Positions 43,353 through 52,955 of a DNA stretch of 64,000 nt are shown here, piece by piece. Position 1 is the stretch's first letter. Each line of letters opens with the position of its first letter. Where the stretch lies: contig CAWJCY010000013.1 in the NCBI GenBank assembly GCA_963841565.1, forward strand, positions 56,589 to 120,588, read 5' to 3'. Under the pieces are notes generated by a model that had not been told where the DNA came from, ran no database searches, and saw nothing but the letters and a program-made list of their open reading frames with translations. The translations under genes and the position numbers were made by a program. This DNA comes from an uncultured Nitrososphaerales archaeon (lineage in GTDB: Archaea > Thermoproteota > Nitrososphaeria > Nitrososphaerales > Nitrososphaeraceae).

Positions 43353-43684
43353 ACTGTCATAACCATCATTTCTGAAAAAGCACAGGGACGGCGTAACACG
43401 CTACTTATACTGGGATAATTGTGATAAGGTTCTGTAATAGATAATAGTGATGTATACATTGGATAATCTGGAGTGGCAGCCCAACAACAGTAATGGAATG
43501 GCGGGACTGGCACGGCTATAAGGTAATAAGTGCTGATGCCTGCCGGTCCCTAACTGAAGCATCAGCCAATTCCAATTGTCATTAATACCTTACCTTCCAC
43601 TGACAAGAACATCGGTCTCCATAATAGACTACTCAGGTTAAGAAGATACGAATTTTTAAATTCATTGAGTTATTAATAACTTCT

Positions 43685-43885
43685 ATGACATACATTATAG
43701 GCATAGAAGCTTGCTGTCCAGGAATGAAAACTATGGTAGAACATAACAGTATAAAACCCAACGTAACTCTGGGTAGCGACACGGCTCAAATATTTGTAAG
43801 AGGAGACAATAATCTAATACATGATTATGACCAGATAAAATTTTGTCCCTTTTGCGGCAAGAAGATTAGGATTATAGACGGATAG
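43685..43885 (+). CDS. Small zinc-ribbon protein
   Basis: CC...IKFCPFCGKKI; TTTTTAAA upstream and T-tract downstream. Confidence 0.7.
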   Translation: MTYIIGIEACCPGMKTMVEHNSIKPNVTLGSDTAQIFVRGDNNLIHDYDQIKFCPFCGKKIRIIDG

Positions 43886-43912
43886 TATCTTTTTTGCCGA
43901 TACTAATTGTAG

Positions 43913-43951
43913 AGTAACAAAGTCCCACGCTTAAACTTAAAATATCACTAG
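43913..43951 (+). repeat. Dispersed motif copy B
   Basis: AGTAACAAAGT-cccacgcttaaac-TTAAAATATCACTAG. Confidence 0.75.
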
Positions 43952-44384
43952 AATTTCTGACTTAATCTCTCATAAGATATACGGCTTATCGGGTATGCAA
44001 AAGCCTCCAATTCCATAAAGACTCATACTTTTGCTATTAGTTGAATGAAGGTCAAATACGTTTCAGTCGACTAAAAATTCGACACAGGCATTCAGAAATG
44101 ATGTCGAAAATCCAAGCTTGTATTACTCCAATTCTGCTCTAATGCGTCTTAACAACTGTTCTGAGGCAATCGGCTTCTATTTAAGTGTAGATTTAAAGGT
44201 ACCAAACCAGCGATTATTGATAATATTTACCATATTATTATACCAAAAATTGGAACAGAATAAATACGATATCTGCCCTTTGAATGATTGTCAACGAACG
44301 GGGCTTCACTAATCCTGTTCTAGATGTTCAGGAGAAAAATACGTTGGAAACTTAAACCACTATTACAATAATAGTCAAACCCTT

Positions 44385-44693
44385 TTGAATAAAGGCGAAT
44401 ATGCTAAGGCCGAAGAATTGCTTTGGGGATCTATCGTCGAAGCAGCAAAAGCATTAAGTCTAAAGTATACTGGACAACCTATTAACGATCACAAAAGCAT
44501 AAGGACATATTTAGATAAATTATGCCTAGGGTATAGCAACAAAGAGTATTGGAGAGAATTGAACCGGTCTGCGGAGAGGTTGCATATAAATTTTTATGAA
44601 TCATTCTTGGGAAAAGATGAGTTTTGGGAAACCTATGAATATGGAAAATTGCTTCTTTCATTTCTCGAGGGTCTGTTACCAGTTAGGGAGTAA
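44385..44693 (+). CDS. PaREP1-family (HEPN-related) protein
   Basis: GEYAKAEELLWGS...AAKA, AERLHINFYE; may extend upstream to ATG 44284 via a frameshift in an A-run. Confidence 0.8.
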   Translation: MNKGEYAKAEELLWGSIVEAAKALSLKYTGQPINDHKSIRTYLDKLCLGYSNKEYWRELNRSAERLHINFYESFLGKDEFWETYEYGKLLLSFLEGLLPVRE

Positions 44694-44733
44694 CAAAGTT
44701 GTAAGCGTGAAAGTATTAAAATATCACTAGTGA
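44689..44733 (+). repeat. Dispersed motif copy C, overlapping the PaREP1 stop codon
   Basis: AGTAACAAAGT-tgtaagcGTGAAAGTa-TTAAAATATCACTAGTGA. Confidence 0.8.
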
Positions 44734-44746
44734 CGCCATTATCATT

Positions 44747-46219
44747 CTAAAGGTTCAAAAGGTTTAGTCTACGTCGTTCAAAATCCTTCATAGGCGGATA
44801 CAATTTCTCACTCATTTCCGCAATAGAGAGTATTATTTCTTCCCCAAATGGAGGCCCAATTATTTGTGCTCCTAGAGGCATATTCTCCTTGGTTAAACCT
44901 ATTGGGATGCTTATTGCAGGTAGGCCAGTACTATTAAATACTATTGTATTTTGTAACAAGGCTTGGCGTGTTTCTACAGCAACGTTGTTGCCTACACTAA
45001 CAACACTATCATTGATTCTCGGGGCAGTTACAATAGTTGTAGGAACGACAATAGCGTCAATCTTTCGATTTGATAATATGGCTAGTATCTCATTTCTTAT
45101 CTCATTTACCGCTTTGAGAGAGTGAATATAATCGACTGCGGATATACTTTTTCCTTGTACCAACATCTCTTTCACTTCGGGGCTATAATCATCTGGTCTC
45201 GTATTAAGCCATTTCATGTGAACATCTGTAGCCTCTGCAAGTCTAATATTTCTCCACGAGTTATAGTATTTCTCCGTATTTTGCAAATTAAGGTCATCTA
45301 TAACATCTATCTTTATGGAGCGTAAGAACTCTACGAAGCTATAAAATAGATCTGATATCTCAGAATGGAGGTTATCACAAAAATATTTCTTTAGGACTGC
45401 AATTCGTAGTCCTCTAGTGCAGGGTTCTTCTAGGATTTTTGTGTAGGGCGGAAGGTTCCTATTTGCGGAAGGGCGATCTAACGCATCCCAACCTGTTATA
45501 TATTCCATCACTGCAGCTGCGTCCCATGCACTTCTTGTGATGCAACCAACATGATCAAGAGTAGGGGCCAGTGGGAAAATATTGTCCGTGCTAATCATAC
45601 TGAAAGTAGGCTTCAATCCTACTGCGCCACATAGTGAAGCAGGGACTCTAATTGATCCTCCTGTATCAGTTCCTATTGAAATTAAAACCATTCCAGTTGA
45701 AATTGCAACAGCAGATCCCCCACTGGAGCCGCCTGATAACCTGGATGTATCCCATGGATTTTTAGATGTGCCATAAAATGGATTTATGCCAGTAATTCCA
45801 GATGCAAACTCGTTCAAATTATTCGTTCCGATGAGGATTCCCCCGGCTCTTTCCATTCGTTGCACAACAGTTGCCGTCGACTTAGGAACGAAGTCAGTAA
45901 GTATTTTCGAGCCTGCGGTACACCTAATACCACTTACATAAATTATATCCTTAACCGAAAAAGGGATACCGTGCAGAGGGCCACGGTACTTTCCGAGACT
46001 GATTTCTTTTTCGGCTGTTCGAGCCTGCTTGTACAATTCGTCTTCTCCTATAATAGTGATAAACGCATTAAGGATAGGATTCAACTTTTTGATCCTATCA
46101 AGTGATGCTCCAATTAATTCAGTTGGAGATAATTGCCCCGTCTTTATTCTCTCTGACAGATGCTTTATCGAAAAAATTGATGATGCTGAATCATCGATAA
46201 CCACAAAACTAGTTCCCAT
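44747..46219 (-). CDS. Amidase signature family protein (GatA-like)
   Basis: LHGIPFSVKD, GGSSGGSA, GTDTGGSIRVPAS. Confidence 0.92.
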   Translation of the reverse strand: MGTSFVVIDDSASSIFSIKHLSERIKTGQLSPTELIGASLDRIKKLNPILNAFITIIGEDELYKQARTAEKEISLGKYRGPLHGIPFSVKDIIYVSGIRCTAGSKILTDFVPKSTATVVQRMERAGGILIGTNNLNEFASGITGINPFYGTSKNPWDTSRLSGGSSGGSAVAISTGMVLISIGTDTGGSIRVPASLCGAVGLKPTFSMISTDNIFPLAPTLDHVGCITRSAWDAAAVMEYITGWDALDRPSANRNLPPYTKILEEPCTRGLRIAVLKKYFCDNLHSEISDLFYSFVEFLRSIKIDVIDDLNLQNTEKYYNSWRNIRLAEATDVHMKWLNTRPDDYSPEVKEMLVQGKSISAVDYIHSLKAVNEIRNEILAILSNRKIDAIVVPTTIVTAPRINDSVVSVGNNVAVETRQALLQNTIVFNSTGLPAISIPIGLTKENMPLGAQIIGPPFGEEIILSIAEMSEKLYPPMKDFERRRLNLLNL

Positions 46220-46259
46220 GTGATACCTATTTAGGAGTTCACTTTTCTTAACTTGGATC

Positions 46260-48494
46260 TCAGCTCATGGATTTGAGAGGTAGTGTAAAACAAAATGTAG
46301 CACCCTGTTCATTGTCGTTGTTATAGGCCCAAATTTTGCCACCGTGTGCCTCAACAAGGCTTTTTGACACGTAAAGACCAAGTCCGGTTCCACCATCAGA
46401 GGTAGTAACAAATTTAGTAAATAGTTTTTTATTGATGCTCCTATCAATACCAATCCCTCTATCCTTTACCATTATGACAATTTCTTCGGAAGTATTCTCA
46501 TCTTTCTCCATAGAAACTTCAATTGGGAGAACTATTTTATTATCTTGAATCATTCGTTGATTTGAAGAATTCAAGGCATTATTTAAAAGGTTTGACAAGA
46601 CTTGAATAATCCTGTCCTTGTCCACTTCGATTAAAAATAGGCCTGGTTCTAAAGGTGCCTTGTAAAGTACTTGGCAAAAGAGATCTCTAACTTTTTTGTT
46701 GTTGTCGTTGTTGCTTGTGCTGTCATTAACGTTCTTACCGCCTTCTCCAAAGCTCTTCCTCTCTATAGATGTTTGGTATTCTGTTACTAATGATGATATC
46801 AGACTGTCTAAATTGACCATCTCCTTGTCTAACTTTAGTATTTTGCCTTCAATTTTGGTGACATCCAGTATATTGTTAGTAAGGCGATGCAATCTCTCTG
46901 CATTTCTTGCAATTATTATTAAATACTCATTAAGATCCTGGTCCTTGTTACTTTTTAGTACAACTTTGGATAATCCTAATATTGGTTGAATGGGTGTCCG
47001 CAGCTCATGAGCTGCAGTGTTAATAAATTCTCGCTGTGCGATATCACGCAACCTTAATTCATCATTTAGCCCTTCAAGGCGATCATAGAGTTCACTCTGT
47101 CTCCAAAGTGTTTCAAATATAGAAGCATAGGAGAGAACGGTGGACTTACTATTGGAATAAGTACTAATACCTATCGCATCAACTGTTCGGTCCTTTGTAT
47201 CATCATTGAGCTCTACTGTCAGAGAGTATTTCTTATCCACAAGCAGTAGAGAGATTCTAGTTTGCAAGTTTTCTTTAAGATGTCTCACCTTGATCTGATT
47301 TTGATATTGAAAAGTACTTAAATCATATCTCTTTGCAAAACTCAGAATCTTTTTGTTACTAGGACTCAAGATTCTTATAATCACACCATTGTCGGTTGCA
47401 GCCTGCTCCAACAACTTGAAGGAGCCAGCCCTAACCTGACGTAAAAATGCGTTACTAGTGGCACAAACTATCATTATTTCACTTCTGGAATTCTTTATAA
47501 GCTCATAAGTAAGTTTTTGAACTTCATAAGGGTCTTTGATAGTTTCAATAAACTCTTCTTCCGTCCCCCTTTGTATCTGGTCAATCCTTCGTTCAGCAGG
47601 TAAGGCTTTGCCCCACAGAGTCTCAAAAAAGTACTGCTGTTGTTCCACGAATGCTCTGATATTGCTTCGAATAAGCTGTGCCGGAGCCTGACCTACTCCT
47701 GCCGACGAGCCTGCGCCATAGCTTTTACCATCGATTATGCCAAAGTTCCCTTTCACTTTTTCGAGATGCCGTAGCTCACATATTTTAAGAAGTTTTTCAC
47801 AATATTTCATATTCTCTTTCGTTATTTCCGTAATGAATCTCAACCTGATGCCCCTCCTAGACAGTTCTGCATAATCAGACCAGATAGGAGAGTTCACAAA
47901 GAGTGACGGTCCGGTAAAATCAGTACAACTGTCAAATCTTTCTTGAACATGGCTGAGATCCCGTAGAAAATGCTTAATGATATTCTCTTGCCCATAGAGA
48001 ATCTCCGTCTTTTCCACCGGAAGATTTCTCTCTAGCTGCACCATTCTAATCTCTGCAGGTATGGCCGCATTCCAGAGAAACTCGAAGAGGAATTGATGAG
48101 CTTCAACTATTGCAATTGTGTCCGTTGATATGCCATAGGTCTCAGCCACACTTGAGGAAGCATATCCAAGATATTGTTTACCGTCAGCTAAGACAAAATT
48201 GGATCTGATGCTATCAAGATGCCGGATTTCTGCACTTGGAATGATACTATTAATCTCTGCCGCATTTTCATTGGTGATCTCTGTCAGGATTCTGATCCTG
48301 ACGTTCCTTTCTGCTTTTAATTTAAAGAGTCCCTTTTTCACTTCACTCTTCGCAAGATGCAATGATATTTCCTGATGATCAAGACAGGCATCAAATTTGT
48401 CTACAACCCAAGCTAGTGTTTCACCCATTTTCTTACCCATCGATTCATTGCTATGAAACGCGTTAGTAGCATCCGGCGGTTGAGCGGTTTTCAT
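46260..48494 (-). CDS. Cytoplasmic sensor histidine kinase with three repeated N-terminal sensor domains
   Basis: AAHELRTP, NLLNNA, DRGIG, GTGLGL; repeated R.LTEIT.EN / E.RHL / FE.LW motifs. Confidence 0.92.
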   Translation of the reverse strand: MKTAQPPDATNAFHSNESMGKKMGETLAWVVDKFDACLDHQEISLHLAKSEVKKGLFKLKAERNVRIRILTEITNENAAEINSIIPSAEIRHLDSIRSNFVLADGKQYLGYASSSVAETYGISTDTIAIVEAHQFLFEFLWNAAIPAEIRMVQLERNLPVEKTEILYGQENIIKHFLRDLSHVQERFDSCTDFTGPSLFVNSPIWSDYAELSRRGIRLRFITEITKENMKYCEKLLKICELRHLEKVKGNFGIIDGKSYGAGSSAGVGQAPAQLIRSNIRAFVEQQQYFFETLWGKALPAERRIDQIQRGTEEEFIETIKDPYEVQKLTYELIKNSRSEIMIVCATSNAFLRQVRAGSFKLLEQAATDNGVIIRILSPSNKKILSFAKRYDLSTFQYQNQIKVRHLKENLQTRISLLLVDKKYSLTVELNDDTKDRTVDAIGISTYSNSKSTVLSYASIFETLWRQSELYDRLEGLNDELRLRDIAQREFINTAAHELRTPIQPILGLSKVVLKSNKDQDLNEYLIIIARNAERLHRLTNNILDVTKIEGKILKLDKEMVNLDSLISSLVTEYQTSIERKSFGEGGKNVNDSTSNNDNNKKVRDLFCQVLYKAPLEPGLFLIEVDKDRIIQVLSNLLNNALNSSNQRMIQDNKIVLPIEVSMEKDENTSEEIVIMVKDRGIGIDRSINKKLFTKFVTTSDGGTGLGLYVSKSLVEAHGGKIWAYNNDNEQGATFCFTLPLKSMS

Positions 48495-48660
48495 GTGAGC
48501 ACCTGCAACATCTCAATATACGAAAATAGGATAATAATTTATCGTAAAACTTCAGCCATGTACATGGCTTAATACAATCAGCCTAACAATAAGAAAGAAT
48601 CACCGACAACAAAGTTCCACAATAACCTACAAGATGAGGAAACCAAACATGCCTCAGTCG

Positions 48661-49554
48661 CTACTCCTCAAGCGGCATCAACTTAAGATACTTCTCGAAC
48701 TTGTCTGCATACACATAGAATACATTTTCACCTGTGATATCATACAATTCATCCAACTGGGATATCTCTGCCTTATGATATTCTAGTGTCGCCAGATTTT
48801 CCAGCAAGTCGTAGGAAGACCATGTCCCTGTATCATATTTCCATAGATTTTCCTTCAAATAATTTACCCCTTTATCGAAGATAACTTTTGTATTAGTATC
48901 GTTAGTCATCTCGTAATAACGCCACAAAAAGATTAGCGCTTGAGTATGACCGTTTAAGACATACGTCTTAACGAATCCTGGTTTGGCTAATATCTGCAGG
49001 AATATCGAAGAACCGTCATGAGTCTCTACCGTAGCTAAGCCCCCAGAATCGTAATCGACAAAAAAAGCCTTAATTGCCTTATTTGCAGTTTGGAGATACT
49101 TTTCGTTATTCGTGAGGTCAAAGGCCAGAGCCAAAACATAAATTGATTCTGCTTGAGCTAGTGCAGAATAATATGGGGGTTCAACCCAACCATAAAATCT
49201 CCAAGGAAAATCATATTCCCAAATGGTATATTCTTCTCCACTTTTCAACTCGTCGGTTTTATTGATCGAGTTTTCCACGAGCCAGTCCGCAGTGTTGATA
49301 AAATACTGTTTTGATTTTTCTGTGTTTACGAAATTCTCAAGGTCTCTGTAATATAACAGGCCGCCATTTGCTGATACCAGAGGATTATACACTTTTCTCT
49401 GCACTCCGTGATAGTTGCTTATCATTACACCATTCTCATCGGGCTCCGGTTCTGCAAGCAAACCAAAAAATGATGACATAAAGGTCCCTGAACCAACCAA
49501 GACAATTGCTTGTAAGAAAATGACCATTAGAAAGTATTTTGATATAAGTGACAT
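48661..49554 (-). CDS. Secreted D-glucuronyl C5-epimerase family protein
   Basis: YSALAQA, YVLNGH, YDTGTWSSYDL, YH...I.QL. Confidence 0.8.
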   Translation of the reverse strand: MSLISKYFLMVIFLQAIVLVGSGTFMSSFFGLLAEPEPDENGVMISNYHGVQRKVYNPLVSANGGLLYYRDLENFVNTEKSKQYFINTADWLVENSINKTDELKSGEEYTIWEYDFPWRFYGWVEPPYYSALAQAESIYVLALAFDLTNNEKYLQTANKAIKAFFVDYDSGGLATVETHDGSSIFLQILAKPGFVKTYVLNGHTQALIFLWRYYEMTNDTNTKVIFDKGVNYLKENLWKYDTGTWSSYDLLENLATLEYHKAEISQLDELYDITGENVFYVYADKFEKYLKLMPLEE

Positions 49555-49603
49555 GTTTTCTTACTAGATCAATTTTCAGATACTAATTACATTCAACCTT
49601 TGT

Positions 49604-50678
49604 CTAAATCTCTTCAATTGTATAAGAAAGTCTATAATCACAATTGGTGTCTACTGTATCAAAAATATCCCCCACCTCACCAGTGGACTCTGAGCATTCA
49701 AAATGATCACCTATCCCAAAATTGTTTCTAATATCATATTCTGTAGCAATTATGCCAATTGCGTCATTTCTATCATATGTTGTTAAGAACTGAATAGAAT
49801 CTTCAACTTTATCTTTGTATTCGGGTAAAGGCGTTTCAGTATCTAATATTCCTGAAATGTCAGGTAACACCCCATCGCCAGATTCGTGTCCCGCCACATC
49901 GACACTAGACCCATTGTCTTTATGCCTGCTGTCAATAATTCCCTCATCCAACTCTGCGCCAACAGTTACAATTCTCAAAGTACTATTTTCGGGAACCTCC
50001 AGGGATAACGATTTACCTTTGAAATTGATCGTTTGTCCACTCTCCACGCGATCTCAGCTCGGTGTTATCTGATAAATGAATTCTTTTGTTATTCACATAC
50101 GCATCTAATTGCCACTCCGCTGGAAACAAAATATCGTGATTGTCGTTGATGAATATAGAATTAAATGTAACATTCAATTTACGAATAGAGCCATTGGAGT
50201 TTTCCGATTCTAACGATGATGCATTCCTGTCCATATTCAAAGTATTATTTGAAATGGAGAAAATTTTGTTTTCTGGATGAGTATCGTTCTGTCCAAGTTC
50301 AGCATAGTCATAGCTACTGGCATTGGTGCCCACACTCCCGTCTTCATTAGAAGATTCTGGAGTCTGAGAGTTTGAAGTGGAGTCGCTGTTACTGGAATTA
50401 TCGTAGGCTGACGCAGAATTGGATGGTTGAAGTTCAGTCTCCAATAAGAACAGGTCTTCGTCTACGTTATTAAGGTGTTGTAATGCTTCTATCAGATCTC
50501 CTTTTTGTAAGGCTAGTCTGACTTCCATTACATTTTCTCGTATTTCTTCAAGAGCTTCAGATTTGAATGATGGCTGCTGATTAGCCAATGCGGTCCCCCC
50601 ATTTAGCATTAACATAACAGCAGCAAGCAGGATGTTAAAGGTGATAATGACACATTTCATTTCAAGCCAATTAGACAA
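49604..50678 (-). CDS. Secreted hypothetical protein; +1 frameshift at about 50050
   Basis: Signal peptide ORF 50013..50678 continues into 49604..50047 (VESGQTINF...) in the +1 frame. Confidence 0.65.
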
Positions 50679-51064
50679 TTATTGTTCTAACCTACTATAC
50701 TAACAAGAGCCGAATAATTGCTTTGCGAATAATTCCCAACAAATAATTGAGCGGCCCAAAAAGCCGTTTGTCACGCAGAGCGAAATCCATATTTAAATTT
50801 TCTTCAATGAGTATAGGTTACGCTTTCTTCCCCCCCTCAAGAACTCGTGACGGCTACGAATTTGAAAATTACTTGTGGCAGATCCTGCTGTTTCTTTACG
50901 ACATCAAGTTTCCAGCCAGCCCGATAGTCATTTTTTTGTCAAGATTGAGGGAGAAATGTACAACTTAATCCGTCGGCGTAGTAGAGAATACTCGGCTAAC
51001 ACATCTGTTGTCACCACAAGGATACTTTTAGAAGCTATACCTAAACCTTCGACGAGCAACAAGG

Positions 51065-51778
51065 CTAACGCTGATTACCAGGATCGACAAAGTATGCCGT
51101 CTTTATCATCTTGCCGATCTCTTCCAAATTCTTTACAAAGTCCATATAACCATCAGCCATGTAAGAAATTTCATAGACCTTCTCTCCTCTTAATAGTAAG
51201 ACTGACATTCCGTACCTTTGAGTTTTGTCATCAATACTAAAGAAATAATCAAGGACCCAATAAGGATACCCGTCAATGGTTTCATTTGACTGCCTGTTTT
51301 CCGTGATGTGCAGATTATAATCGGAAAAAAGCTGCTCTATATCAAAGGTTCTGGCTTTCGCATATTGTTCTAGAGTCAGATTATGATAAGGGGATTTAAG
51401 AGACAATATAGAAAGGTTGGGATTCGCCAATCCGCTAACTTCAGGTGTCAGGTCATTTGCTTGATTTAAATGGTCATCGACGATATCAAAAGAGACAACA
51501 CCTTCAAAATCATTTAGAATATTTGGATCAAACCCTGCTTCATATTTTACCCAATTGGAAGGAAACTGAAGTGATATGCCCAAGTCAGTACCATCAAAGG
51601 TTTCATACGAAGCTGTTGATGTTGTCATAGACGATGATGAGGAGGAAGATGAGAATGAAAATGAAGTAGAAATACTTGAATATCCGGTCCATATTGCACT
51701 TAAAGGCTGATGTTGCGAAAAAAATGCAAGTAAAGTCCCAGCCAGGAGGAGAATAAATAATCTAGGTATCCCTAACAT
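51065..51778 (-). CDS. Secreted PsbP-like domain protein
   Basis: Signal peptide, poly-Ser, GISLQFPSNW, TIDGYP, KVYEISY. Confidence 0.7.
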   Translation of the reverse strand: MLGIPRLFILLLAGTLLAFFSQHQPLSAIWTGYSSISTSFSFSSSSSSSSMTTSTASYETFDGTDLGISLQFPSNWVKYEAGFDPNILNDFEGVVSFDIVDDHLNQANDLTPEVSGLANPNLSILSLKSPYHNLTLEQYAKARTFDIEQLFSDYNLHITENRQSNETIDGYPYWVLDYFFSIDDKTQRYGMSVLLLRGEKVYEISYMADGYMDFVKNLEEIGKMIKTAYFVDPGNQR

Positions 51779-52118
51779 TAAATGGCTGTACCTTTGGTAT
51801 TTAATCGTGGAGCATTTCGTTCATGCGTCTTTTTCTTGCTCCTCTGGGTTCTGCTCATGGGACGCTCACTTACTCCGCCAACCTTCAAAGTGTATTTCAT
51901 ACATGAACCAAGGTGACATATTCAATTCTTCACTTAACTTTGATGAATTTACCATGGTGCCATCCACCTTGGATGTTCGACTTAGCATTTGGCCATCAAC
52001 GCTTCTGTCTTTTCTAAGCAAATGTAAATCTCTATGATCTTAAAGTGTCCTATTGTTATTTGATCCATGAACGATCCTCCGCCCATATCTGGTCTAGAGG
52101 GTGTTCGGGGGATACGAG

Positions 52119-52706
52119 TCATAATCCTTGCTGAAACTGATACCTCGAAGGTATTTTATCAGATTCCATAGTCCCAAAGATTAATGCGATCTCGTCATGA
52201 GCATTAATTTTGATGTTTCTGAAGTCGCTGCTTGTTGGTACCTTTACCCCATTTACGTATACGCTCAACATGCTATTTGTATCATTGAGGCCATTATTAT
52301 CAAATAGATGAGTATTGTTGAAGGTCTGGCCCCAGATATCAATAAAGTTTCCGATAGTAAATTCCCTTTCAAAGGGAGACTCAATATGAATAATTCCACT
52401 TTCGTCGTGTGTATGTAACCAATACAAACATTGTCCTTCGGGATCGATCCCGATTTGCGATGGCACAATGAATGGCTTACCATCGACAAAAATATCAAGA
52501 TGTGCGTGAACGTGGAACTTGGTAAATTCCATGGTATCACATCGTATGCTATCAACGGCAGTCATATTCGGAGTTGATGAAAATACGTCTTTTACGACTG
52601 AAAAAGAGATATCAAGAGCTATGGTAGATATTACGACAGAAGCACCAATATAAATTGCTAGAAATAGAGTAAACGATAATCCCTGCTGGCGATATCTTAT
52701 TAACAT
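52119..52706 (-). CDS. Membrane-anchored protein with His-rich motifs
   Basis: N-terminal TM; FHVHAHL, CLYWLHTHDESGIIHIE. Confidence 0.75.
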   Translation of the reverse strand: MLIRYRQQGLSFTLFLAIYIGASVVISTIALDISFSVVKDVFSSTPNMTAVDSIRCDTMEFTKFHVHAHLDIFVDGKPFIVPSQIGIDPEGQCLYWLHTHDESGIIHIESPFEREFTIGNFIDIWGQTFNNTHLFDNNGLNDTNSMLSVYVNGVKVPTSSDFRNIKINAHDEIALIFGTMESDKIPSRYQFQQGL

Positions 52707-52955
52707 TCTGCAAGGCCTCTCTTAGGCATCTTTCTATTCATTGTCAACCAAACTAACAATATCAAATAAATAGATTAGGGACCTCTGAAATATCATGTTC
52801 TGCTAATCGTTACTCGGGGATGTTACCCTAATCCAAACGTAGGAGTGTGGATCGAGATTTTTACCTACTAAATGATGAGATAGAACACACTATCCATACA
52901 TTTTACATTACTCTCCTCGAGAAATTTGCTGGCAAAATTATCTTAACAAGGCCAT

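Noticed and set aside
44747-46219. Calling the amidase gatA
   Set aside because: No gatB or gatC is adjacent; only the general amidase signature is evident.
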